From: an uncultured Actinomycetes bacterium
GTDB taxonomy: Bacteria > Actinomycetota > Thermoleophilia > Solirubrobacterales > Solirubrobacteraceae
Direction: 5' to 3'
Length of the DNA: 24,000 bases
NCBI GenBank assembly: GCA_963842605.1
Contig: CAWJGV010000004.1
Span: 129,702-153,701 of the forward strand
Positions 16,533 through 24,000 of the stretch are shown piece by piece. The notes beneath the pieces were generated by a model. It saw only the letters and a list, made by a program, of their open reading frames with translations, was not told where the DNA came from and did no database searches. The stretch's first letter is position 1, and the number at the start of each line of letters is the position of its first letter. Position numbers and translations under genes: made by a program.

Positions 16533-18050
16533 ATGGCCAGCACCACCACTCACCGCAGAGAGTCCCGCAACCCCGCCGACCTCGACGACGTGGTCGCCGA
16601 GGTCGAGCTGGCCGACGCCGAAGCGTTCGTGGACGCCTGCCGGCGCGCCCGGGCCGCGCAGGCCGACTGGGCGGCGACCCCGGCGCCCGTCCGCGGCCGC
16701 GCGATCCAGCTCGCGGGACGCCTCGTCGAGGACAACAAGGAGGCGTTGGCCCGCCTCGTCACGCGCGAGATCGGCAAGCCCTACGCCGAGTCGCTGGGCG
16801 AGGTCCAGGAGGTCATCGACACCTGCGACTTCTTCGTGTCCGAGGGCCGGCGCCTGTACGGCCAGACCGTCCCGAGCGAGATGCCCGACAAGCAGCTGTT
16901 CACGTTCCGCATGCCGGTCGGCGTGGTGGCGGTGATCACGGCGGGCAACTTCCCCGTGGCCGTTCCCGCCTGGTACCTCGTGCCGGCGCTGCTCTGCGGC
17001 AACACCGTGGTGTGGAAGCCCGCCGAGTACGCGCCCGCGCTCGGCGAGGCGCTGACCGATCTCTTCCGCCACGGCGGCGTGCCCGAAGGCGTGCTCAACC
17101 TGGTGCAGGCCGACGGGGCGCAGACATTCGCCGGCCTGGAGGGCGCGCTCGAGGCGGGCGTGCTCGACAAGGTCGGCTTCACCGGCTCCACCGATGTGGG
17201 GCGGCGCATCGGCGAGCTGTGCGGCCGCCATCTCCAGTCGCCGTGCCTGGAGCTGGGCGGCAAGAACCCGCTCGTCGTGATGCCCGACGCCGACCTCGAC
17301 CTCGCGGTCGAGGGGTCGCTGTTCAGCGGCTTCGGGACGGCCGGCCAGCGCTGCACGTCGCTCGGCACCGCGGTCGTGCACGACTCCGTCTACGACGAGT
17401 TCCTCGCGCGCTTCACGCGGGCCGTCGAGAGCGCGGCGGTGGGCGACCCGACCCAGGACGTGCTCTACGGCCCGATGATCCACGAGCGCTTCCTGGAGCG
17501 CTTCCTGGGCTGGCTGGAGCTGATCCGCGACCACCACGCGGTCAGCGGGTCGACCGGCACGGGCCGGATCACCGCGGAGAATCCGCGCGACGGGTTCGTC
17601 GGCGATCCCGAGCGCGGCATCTACTGCCACCCGACGATCGTCGCCGGCGTGACCGCCGACGACGACATCTACCGGACCGAGACGTTCGGCCCGATCGTCG
17701 GGGTGGCGCGCTTCGCCGACCTCGACGAGGCGATCGCGCTGGCCAACGGCCACGGCTACGGGCTGTCGGCGGCGATCTACACCAACGACCCGCAGTCCGC
17801 CTTCCGCTTTCGCGAGCGCGTGAGCGCCGGGATGCTGAGCATCAACAACTCGACCTCCGGGGCCGAGGCCCACCTCCCCTTCGGCGGAAACGGCAAGTCC
17901 GGGAACGGGTCGCGGCAGTCGGGGATCTGGGTGCTCGACCAGTTCACCCGCTGGCAGTCCGTCAACTGGGACTACGCCGGCAAGCTCCAGAAGGCCCAGA
18001 TGGACACGATGGAGATCGAGGCCGACCCGTCGTTCCGGCTGGAGGGCTAG
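16533..18050 (+). CDS. NAD(P)-dependent aldehyde dehydrogenase family protein (intact)
   Basis: 505 aa with VWKPAE, GFTGST, the catalytic Glu context CLELGGKNP, the catalytic Cys context GTAGQRCTS, and EAHLPFGGNGKSG. Single uninterrupted frame. Confidence 0.93.
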   Translation: MASTTTHRRESRNPADLDDVVAEVELADAEAFVDACRRARAAQADWAATPAPVRGRAIQLAGRLVEDNKEALARLVTREIGKPYAESLGEVQEVIDTCDFFVSEGRRLYGQTVPSEMPDKQLFTFRMPVGVVAVITAGNFPVAVPAWYLVPALLCGNTVVWKPAEYAPALGEALTDLFRHGGVPEGVLNLVQADGAQTFAGLEGALEAGVLDKVGFTGSTDVGRRIGELCGRHLQSPCLELGGKNPLVVMPDADLDLAVEGSLFSGFGTAGQRCTSLGTAVVHDSVYDEFLARFTRAVESAAVGDPTQDVLYGPMIHERFLERFLGWLELIRDHHAVSGSTGTGRITAENPRDGFVGDPERGIYCHPTIVAGVTADDDIYRTETFGPIVGVARFADLDEAIALANGHGYGLSAAIYTNDPQSAFRFRERVSAGMLSINNSTSGAEAHLPFGGNGKSGNGSRQSGIWVLDQFTRWQSVNWDYAGKLQKAQMDTMEIEADPSFRLEG

Positions 18051-19690
18051 GCCGCGCCGGTACCAGCGCGGCGACGTCGTGGGCGGCGGCTGGAGCGCGG
18101 CGCGCGCCACGAGGACGCTGGGCTCGGGATCGGCGACGTGGCGCGCGAGCGCGGCGGAGAACGCGTCTCCCAGGCCGTCGACGGCTTCGGCCCCCACGCC
18201 GAAGCTCTGCGCCAGCGCGACGAAGTCCGGCGTGTGGAGGTCGACTCCGACCGGCCTCTCCCCCGTCCGCTCGTAGTCGTAGCGCAGCATCCCGTAGCCG
18301 CCGTCGTCGACGACCAGCGCGGTGAGCGGCGGGCGCTCCTGCGCCACCGTGGCCAGCTCGCCGCACGCGAAGAGGAAGCCGCCGTCCCCGCAGACGGCGA
18401 CGGCCGGGCCTGGACCGCCCAGCGCCGACCCGATCGCCGCCGGAAACGCCCAGCCCAGCGTCCCCCATCCCATCGGGTACGCGAGCCGCCGCGGCGCGGG
18501 AACGGGATGAAAGCCGCCGAGCCAGTAGCCGGGGATGCACATGTCGCACACCACGGTGGCGTCGTCGGGCACGGCGGCCGCGAACGCGTCGAGGAAGGCG
18601 AGCTCGTCGGCGAACTCCTCCGCCAGGCGCTCGCGGGCGCTCTCCCGCAGGTCCGCCAGCCTCGCCGGGAGCTCATCGAGGCCGTCCCGCGGGGGCAGCG
18701 CGTCGGCCAGCGCGCCCGCCACCGTCTTGGCGTCCCCCTCGATGACGATCGCCGCGGCGTAGTTCTTCGTGGCATCGAGGGAGTCGACGTTGATCGCCAC
18801 CAGCTTCGGCGGGTCCGGCTGGGCCCAGTTCTGGGTCATCATCCCGTCGAGGTCGCTGCCGATCGCCAGCACCACGTCGGCCTCGTCCCACAGGGCGCCG
18901 GCCTCGGGCACGTGGGGCGGCAGACCGACCAGACACGGATGGTCGGCCGGCAGCAGACCGCGCGCCGAGTAGGTCGCGAGAACCGGCGCGGCCAGGCGCT
19001 CGGCCACGAGGCCCACGGCCTCGCCCGCGCCGGCGGCCATCGCGCCTCCGCCGACCCATACGAGCGGGCGCTGCGCCTGCGCCAGGACGCGAGCCGCGCT
19101 GTCGAGGCTGTCGTTGGGCGTCTCCGCGGAAACGTCAACGCCCGACTCGCGGCTCCGCGGAACCGGCCTCGACCTCCGCGGAGAGCAGGTCGGTCGGGAC
19201 CTCGACGAACACGGGGCGGCTGGGCGCGGCGATCGCCGTGACGAGGGCCTCGGCGACGAGCCCGCCCAGCGCTTCGGGATCTTCCGCCCGGAACGTCGCC
19301 TTGGTCACCGGCTGCGAACATCGCGCGCTGGTCGGGCACCTCGTGCAGCAGGCCGCGGTGCACGCCCTCGCGGCGCAGGGTCGTGGGCACGTCGGTGGCG
19401 ATCACGACCACGGGAGAGCGTGAGGCCCAGGCCTCCCCCACCGCGCCGAGCGTGTTCGCGGCGCCCGGCCCGGTCGTGACCAGGGCGACGCCGACGTTCC
19501 CGCTCGCCCGCGCGTACCCGTCGGCCGCGTAGCCCGCCGCCTGCTCGTGGCGCACGCCGACGAGCCGAATGGGCGAATCGGCGAGCGCCGGCCACAGCGC
19601 GAGGTTGTGCACGCCGGGCAGGCCGAAGACGACCTCCACCCCGGCGCGCTCGAGCGCCGCGACGACGAGTTGCGCTCCGTTCACCGCCAC
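18047..19690 (-). pseudogene. Thiamine-diphosphate-dependent enzyme (acetolactate synthase / 2-oxoacid decarboxylase superfamily), with three frameshifts as sequenced
   Basis: GTG 19690. The N-terminal Pyr domain AVNGAQLVVAALERAGVEVVFGLPGVHNLAL...RHEQAAGYAADGYAR...TTGPGAANT is in frame P. From about 19309, VTKATFRAEDPEALGGLVAEAL... is in frame Q. From about 19140, VDVSAETPND...RPLVWVGGGA... and the ThDP motif VCGDGGFLF...LVVDDGGYGML... and PPPTTSPRWYRR are in frame R. The only nearby stop (TAG 18049-18047) is back in frame P. Confidence 0.85.
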
Positions 19691-19706
19691 GTGAGCCAGG
19701 CTATCG

Positions 19707-20555
19707 CTAGAGCAGCGCGTACCAGATGTAGTAGCCGACGACGATCGTGAAGAACACGGCGTCGAGGCGATCGAGCGCGCCGCCGTGGGCGCCGAACAGC
19801 CGGCCTGTGTCCTTCGTCCCCGCGTCGCGCTTGACCATCGACTCGAACAGGTCTCCGACCGGCGCCGCCAGCGCGATGCCCAGGCCCAACAGGAGCGCGT
19901 CGCTCCCCTTCAGCCAGTCCTGGTAGGTGCCCGCGAACCACGTGGCCCCCACGGCGAACAACATCCCGATCAGCAGCCCCTCGACCGTCTTGTTCGGCGA
20001 CAGCCGCGGGGCGAGCGGCCGCCGGCCGTAGAAGCGCCCTCCGAAGTACGCGCCGGTATCGCCGATGAACGTCCCGACGAGCACGTCGACCACGATCCCG
20101 TCGCCGTGCGGCAGCTCGCGCAGCAGCACGGCGTGGGCCAGCGCCAGGCCGATCCACCAGACGCCGAACAGCGTCACCGCCATCCCCAGGGTGGGCTCCT
20201 CGTGGCGGGGCATGAGCAGCGTCATGGCGAAGAGGACGGGGATCAGCGCCGCTTCGACGAGCACGACCTGGAACTGGCTTCCGTAGAGCGCGGCCAGGAC
20301 GAGCGCGGTGATTCCGAGGAACCCGGCGAGGCGGACCGGCTGCGCCGTGCGGAGCATCGAGAACAGCTCGCCCATGCAGATGATGCCCAGCGCGAGGACC
20401 CCCAGCGCGAACACGAGCCCGCCCTCGTAGACGATGAAGATCGCGAACGCGATGGCCGGCAGGGCGGCCAGTACCCGCGCGCCGAAATCGGAGCGGCTCC
20501 CGCCACCCGAGCTTGGCGCCCGGCGGCCGGGCGGGCGGCGCCGGCGCGCGGCCAT
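19707..20555 (-). CDS. cdsA: Phosphatidate cytidylyltransferase (CDP-diglyceride synthase)
   Basis: 282 aa from ATG 20555. Polytopic, with the C-terminal CTP-transferase signature SPNKTVEG...GDLFESMVKRDAGTKDTGRLFGAHGGALDRLD. The start overlaps the uppS stop (TGATG). Confidence 0.9.
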   Translation of the reverse strand: MAARRRRPPGRRAPSSGGGSRSDFGARVLAALPAIAFAIFIVYEGGLVFALGVLALGIICMGELFSMLRTAQPVRLAGFLGITALVLAALYGSQFQVVLVEAALIPVLFAMTLLMPRHEEPTLGMAVTLFGVWWIGLALAHAVLLRELPHGDGIVVDVLVGTFIGDTGAYFGGRFYGRRPLAPRLSPNKTVEGLLIGMLFAVGATWFAGTYQDWLKGSDALLLGLGIALAAPVGDLFESMVKRDAGTKDTGRLFGAHGGALDRLDAVFFTIVVGYYIWYALL

Positions 20556-21227
20556 CAGCGGCCGCCGAACCGCCGCCGTCGCGCCTCGAACTCCGCGAGC
20601 GAGGCCGCGAATGCCTCGCGCGAGAAGTCGGGCCACAGCTCGTCGCGGAACACCAGCTCCGAGTAGGCCGACTGCCACATCAGGTAGTTCGACAGTCGCC
20701 GCTCGCCGCTCGTGCGGATGATCAGGTCGGGATCGTGCATCTCGGGCGCATACAGGTGGGCTCTGAACTCCTCCTCGGTACTGCCCGTGAAGTTTCGCGC
20801 CGCGTCCACGATCTCCGCCCGGCCGCCGTAGTTGAAGGCCACGAACAGCGTGATGCGCGAGTTGTCGTTGCGTCGTGCGCTCCGCCCAGTCCATCCGCTC
20901 CACGAGGTCCGGCGGAACCCCCTGGCGCCGCCCTATGAAGCGCATGCGCACGCCCTCCTCGTGCAGCTCGGGGGTCTCGCGGTCGATGCGCTCGGCGAAC
21001 ATCGCCATCAGCCCCTTCACCTCGTCGGGGGAGCGCGACCAGTTCTCGGTCGAGAATGAGTAGACGGTCAGTTCGTGTACGCCGAGGTCGACGGCGTCGC
21101 GCAGCCGCGCCTTGACCGTGTCCGCTCCCGCGCGGTGACCCTCCACCACCGGGAGCCCTCGCTGCTTCGCCCATCGCCCGTTCCCGTCGGTGATGATGGC
21201 GACGTAGCGGGCCGAAGGCTCGCTCAC
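20555..21227 (-). CDS. uppS: Undecaprenyl-diphosphate synthase (cis-prenyltransferase), interrupted by one frameshift as sequenced
   Basis: GTG 21227. YVAIITDGNGRWAKQRGLP...HRAG...TVYSFSTENWSRSPDEV...RMRFIGRR continues up to ...MDWAERTT. From about 20869 a different frame reads NDNSRITLFVAFNYGGRAEIV...IIRTSGERRLSNYLMWQSAYSELVF...RRRFGGR-stop (TGA 20557-20555). 673 nt equals 3n+1. Confidence 0.9.
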
Positions 21228-21790
21228 ACCTCGAGGATCTCCGCTTCCTTGTTCTTCAGCAGCGCGTCGAGCTCGGACACCTTCTCGTCCGTGAGCTTCT
21301 GGAGCTCCTGCTCGGCGCGGTGCTCATCGTCGGAGCCGACCTCGCCCTCGCCCTTGAGCTCGCGCAGGTCGTGCATGATGTCGCGACGGTGGTTGCGCAC
21401 GGCGACGCGCCCCTTCTCGCAGATGCCGTGCACGACCTTGACCAGTTCCTTGCGCCGCTCCTCCGTGAGCTCGGGGATCTGGAGCCGGATGATCGAGCCG
21501 TCGTTGTTGGGCGTGAGCCCGACGTCGGACTCGAGGATCGCCTTCTCGATCGTCTTGATCGAGTTCTTGTCGTACGGCTGGACGCTGAGAAGCCGCGCCT
21601 CCGGGGCCGAGACGGTCGCCAGCTGCTTCAGGGGGGTCTGGGCGCCGTAGTAGTCGACGCTCACGCGATCGAGGAGGGCGGGGCTCGCCCGCCCGGTGCG
21701 CACGGTGCCGAACTCGACGCGGATTGCCTCCACCGACTTGGCCATGCGCTCGCGCGCATCGGCGATCAGCTCGTCGGTCAGGTCGCTCAC
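21224..21790 (-). CDS. frr: Ribosome recycling factor
   Basis: 188 aa, [43 protein letters not shown]...[13 protein letters not shown]..., full-length RRF pattern. The GTG start overlaps the pyrH stop (GTGA). Confidence 0.95.
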   Translation of the reverse strand: MSDLTDELIADARERMAKSVEAIRVEFGTVRTGRASPALLDRVSVDYYGAQTPLKQLATVSAPEARLLSVQPYDKNSIKTIEKAILESDVGLTPNNDGSIIRLQIPELTEERRKELVKVVHGICEKGRVAVRNHRRDIMHDLRELKGEGEVGSDDEHRAEQELQKLTDEKVSELDALLKNKEAEILEV

Positions 21791-22515
21791 GTCGACACCA
21801 AGGTCCCCACTCTCTCACCGGAGATTATCCGCAGGATGTTCTCCTCGTCGTCCATGTTGAACACGTAGAGCGGCAGCTCGTTCTCCATGCACAGCGTCAG
21901 GGCCGTGGCGTCCATCACGCTCAGGCGACGCTGGATCGCGTCCATGTAGGTGATCTCGGGGAGGAACTCGGCCGCCGGGTCCTGCGCCGGGTCGGCGGTG
22001 AACACGCCCTCGACGCCGTTCTTGGCCATGAGGATCGCCTCGGCGTGGATCTCCGAGGCGCGCAGCGCGGCGGCGGTGTCGGTGGTGAAGAACGGATTCC
22101 CGGTGCCGGCCGCGAAGATCACGACGCGGCCCTTCTCGAGGTGGCGGATGGCCCGGCGGCGGATGTAGGGCTCGGCCACCTCGGAGATCGTTATCGCCGA
22201 CTGCACCCGCGTGTGGATGCCCGCCTTTTCGAGCGCGTCCTGCAGCGCGAGCGCGTTGAGCACGGTGGCGAGCATTCCCATGTAGTCGCCGGTGGCGCGG
22301 TCCATCCCCGCCGCCGCCCCGGCCATCCCCCGGTAGATGTTCCCGGCGCCGACGACGATCGCGATCTCGACCCCCGTCTCCTGGACGCGGGCGATGGCCG
22401 TCGCGATGGCGCGGATGCGCACGGGGTCCGCCCCGTACTCCAGCTCGCCCATCAGCGCCTCGCCCGAGAGCTTGAGCAGGATGCGCCGGAAGGCGGGCTT
22501 CCCGTTGTCCGCCAT
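21787..22515 (-). CDS. pyrH: UMP kinase
   Basis: 242 aa with [36 protein letters not shown] and [20 protein letters not shown]. Confidence 0.95.
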   Translation of the reverse strand: MADNGKPAFRRILLKLSGEALMGELEYGADPVRIRAIATAIARVQETGVEIAIVVGAGNIYRGMAGAAAGMDRATGDYMGMLATVLNALALQDALEKAGIHTRVQSAITISEVAEPYIRRRAIRHLEKGRVVIFAAGTGNPFFTTDTAAALRASEIHAEAILMAKNGVEGVFTADPAQDPAAEFLPEITYMDAIQRRLSVMDATALTLCMENELPLYVFNMDDEENILRIISGERVGTLVST

Positions 22516-22524
22516 CGGGGCTCT

Positions 22525-23133
22525 CTACTCCTCGCCGACGACGAAGCGCGCGAAGCGGCGTACGACGATGTTCTCGCCGGTCTTCGCCGACAGCTCGGCG
22601 CGCAGCTCCTCGATCGTCTTCTCCTCGTGCTTGTCGACGTTGACGTGCTTCTGGCGGAGCAGGACGACGTCGTCCAGCCAGGCGTTGAGCTTGCCCTCGG
22701 CGATCTTCGGGCGGATGTGCTCGGGCTTGTCGGCCGCCTGCTGCTCGAACACGCGCAGCTCGGCCTGCTTGGCGTCATCGGGCACGTCCTCGTCGGAGAC
22801 GTACGCCACCTCCGGGCTGCCGGCCACGTGCAGGGCCACGTCACGCGCGAACTCGTTGAACTCGTCGCCGCGGGCGACGAAGTCGGTCTCGCAGTTCACC
22901 TCGACGAGCACGCCGACCTTCTTGTTGGCGTGGATGTACGGCGCCACGACTCCTTCCGCCGCGGTGCGCCCGCCGCGCTTGGCCGCCTGGGCCTGGCCCT
23001 TGACGCGCAGGATCTCCTCGGCCTTGTCGTGGTCGCCGGCGGCCTCTTCCAGAGCGGCCTTGACGTCCATCACTCCCGACCCGGTGCGGTTGCGCAGGGC
23101 CTTGACGTCCGCGGCCTTGACCTCTTCGCTCAT
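22525..23133 (-). CDS. tsf: Translation elongation factor Ts (short, about 200-aa form)
   Basis: 202 aa with VKALRNRTGSGVMDVKAALEEAGGD-like UBA N-terminus and LVEVNCETDFVARGDEF. ATG 23133 overlaps the rpsB stop (ATGA). Confidence 0.93.
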   Translation of the reverse strand: MSEEVKAADVKALRNRTGSGVMDVKAALEEAAGDHDKAEEILRVKGQAQAAKRGGRTAAEGVVAPYIHANKKVGVLVEVNCETDFVARGDEFNEFARDVALHVAGSPEVAYVSDEDVPDDAKQAELRVFEQQAADKPEHIRPKIAEGKLNAWLDDVVLLRQKHVNVDKHEEKTIEELRAELSAKTGENIVVRRFARFVVGEE

Positions 23134-24000
23134 GCGCTCTCTCCCTGCTGCGGGGAGGCGGACGTCTCAGCCGCCTCCTGGGGCGCAGCGGGCTGCTGCG
23201 GCGCTGCCGGCTGGGGCTCAGCGGCCTGCTGCGGCGCTGCGGGCTGCTGCGGCTGGCCCTCCTGCTGTTCCGCCGGCTGCTGCTCGGCGGCCGCCGCCGC
23301 CGCGGCCGCCTGCTCGGCCTCCTCGCGGGCCTTCTCCTCGGCCTCGCGCCTCGCCCGCTCCTCGGCCTCGCGGCGCTCCTGTTCCTCGCGCTCGCGCCGG
23401 GCCTTCTCCTCCTCGGCGCGGAACACCTGGTGACCCTGGGCCGCGACGTCGCCGATCGCGTGCGCCACCAGCGCGCAGGAGCGGATCGCGTCGTCGTTGC
23501 CGGGGATCACGTAGGAGATCCCGTCGGGGTCGCAGTTCGTGTCCACGAGCCCGATGATCGGGACGTGCAGGCGCTGGGCCTCGCGGACGGCGATCGCCTC
23601 GGTCTTGAGGTCGACCACGAACATCGCGTCGGGGACGCGCTGCATGTTCTTGACCCCGCCGAGGTTCGCCTGCAGCTTCTCGAGGTCCTTCTGGGCGGTG
23701 ATGCGCTCACGCGTCGGCAACAGGTCGAGCTGGCCCTCCGCCGCGTATCGCTCGAGATCGTGCAGGCGCTTGATGCGCTTGTTGATCGTGTTGAAGTTCG
23801 TCAGCAGACCGCCGAGCCAGCGATGGTTGACGTACGGCATGCCCGAAGCGGTCGCCACGTCGCGCATGGCGTCGCGGGCCTGCTTCTTGGTCCCCACGAA
23901 CAGGATCGTGCCGCCGCGCTTCGTGATGTCGTCGGCGAACTCCTGTGCCCGGTGGAGCAGCTCCTGCGTCTTGAGCAGGTCGATGATGTAGATCCCGTCG
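23130..24000 (-). CDS. rpsB: 30S ribosomal protein S2 with a long low-complexity C-terminal tail; 5' end lies outside the window
   Basis: The frame is open to the window edge: ...ILFVGTKKQA...YVNHRWLGGLLTNF...VVDLKTEAIAVREA..LHVPIIGLVDTNCDPD...IPGNDDAIRS. This is followed by about 95 aa of E/R/A-rich and then Q/P/A-rich tail, ending at TGA 23130-23132. Confidence 0.93.
   Translation of the reverse strand, partial: DGIYIIDLLKTQELLHRAQEFADDITKRGGTILFVGTKKQARDAMRDVATASGMPYVNHRWLGGLLTNFNTINKRIKRLHDLERYAAEGQLDLLPTRERITAQKDLEKLQANLGGVKNMQRVPDAMFVVDLKTEAIAVREAQRLHVPIIGLVDTNCDPDGISYVIPGNDDAIRSCALVAHAIGDVAAQGHQVFRAEEEKARREREEQERREAEERARREAEEKAREEAEQAAAAAAAAEQQPAEQQEGQPQQPAAPQQAAEPQPAAPQQPAAPQEAAETSASPQQGESA
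23186..23256 (-). repeat. Imperfect in-frame tandem repeat (33-nt period) within the rpsB tail
   Basis: The exact 15-mer ctgctgcggcgctgc occurs at 23193-23207 and 23226-23240, with a partial third copy at 23244-23253. It encodes repeated PAAPQQ units. Confidence 0.6.

Noticed and set aside
12731-16549. 1272-aa ORF suggesting a giant multidomain protein.
   Set aside because: It is a composite. It comprises junk upstream of 14965 (the wrong frame of the BVMO gene plus a short in-frame piece), the genuine acylase from Met 14965 to about 13006, and then frameshifted junk.
16500-19040. 846-aa ORF extending the ThDP enzyme C-terminus by about 500 aa.
   Set aside because: The extension is antisense to the intact aldehyde dehydrogenase gene and has junk composition. 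It exists only because the expected stop (TAG 18049-18047) is one base out of frame.
12089-20873. Programmed ribosomal frameshifting or transcriptional slippage as the cause of the frame breaks.
   Set aside because: I found no slippery heptamer, no conserved stimulatory structure and no common motif at the sites. There are several breaks per gene, in unrelated genes, which is not how known programmed recoding behaves.
19707-21227. 506-aa ORF as a natural UppS-CdsA fusion protein.
   Set aside because: The roughly 105-aa middle section is junk. The conserved UppS C-terminal half (FNYGGR...RTSGE.RLSN) is present in the adjacent frame, with its own stop overlapping the cdsA ATG.
788-23557. Many long ORFs antisense to, or out of frame with, the called genes. 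Examples: 788..2038+, 2061..3308-, 2171..3709+, 3493..4581+, 6228..7379+, 7515..9104-, 7673..9772+, 10096..11202+, 10835..12205+, 12866..15100+, 13377..14924-, 15289..16530+, 17012..18325+, 18138..19241+, 19785..20666+, 21724..23433+ and 22337..23557+.
   Set aside because: Their translations are monotonous Arg/Gly/Pro/Ala/His strings with no recognisable motifs. Stop codons are rare in all frames of DNA this GC-rich. Each one overlaps a gene with clear family signatures in another frame.
1-24000. Search for tRNA/rRNA genes, CRISPR repeats, IS elements with terminal inverted repeats, integrases, toxin-antitoxin pairs and known defence-system genes.
   Set aside because: I saw no periodic direct repeats with spacers and no cloverleaf-capable conserved tRNA motifs in the short intergenic gaps. 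No transposase, recombinase, nuclease or ATPase signatures appear in any frame. All sizeable ORFs are accounted for by the metabolic, housekeeping and signalling genes listed.

Overview
Very GC-rich bacterial chromosomal segment (codon position 3 is almost always G/C) with actinobacterial-type gene order. It is tightly packed with about 22 protein-coding loci. I saw no tRNA, rRNA, CRISPR array, transposase or integrase.

Layout:
- Right end, minus strand: the housekeeping array rpsB-tsf-pyrH-frr-uppS-cdsA, linked by overlapping stop/start codons.
- Its usual partners dxr-rseP and ispG lie further left. Two accessory blocks separate them from the array and from each other.
- Block A (12.2-19.7 kb): a ThDP-dependent enzyme, an aldehyde dehydrogenase, a type I Baeyer-Villiger monooxygenase and a secreted penicillin-acylase-family Ntn hydrolase.
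- Block B (4.6-9.85 kb): a SAM methyltransferase, a NarL-type response regulator, a cytoplasmic GAF-PAS histidine kinase, a stand-alone receiver, a FadD-like acyl-CoA ligase and a 52-codon basic ORF with a strong Shine-Dalgarno site.
- Left end: a clan GH-A-like glycoside hydrolase and two divergent polytopic membrane proteins, one PIG-V-like.

The most striking signal is about 16 reading-frame breaks confined to 12.09-20.87 kb. They disrupt five minus-strand genes (dxr, acylase, BVMO, ThDP enzyme, uppS) and create the misleading giant ORFs in the track (1272, 846 and 506 aa). dxr and uppS are normally essential, so I lean towards sequence or assembly error rather than biology, but this needs read-level checking.

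I could not recognise a defence system, mobile element or other clearly novel system. The accessory blocks, the three-protein signalling operon and the small basic ORF are the best candidates for follow-up.
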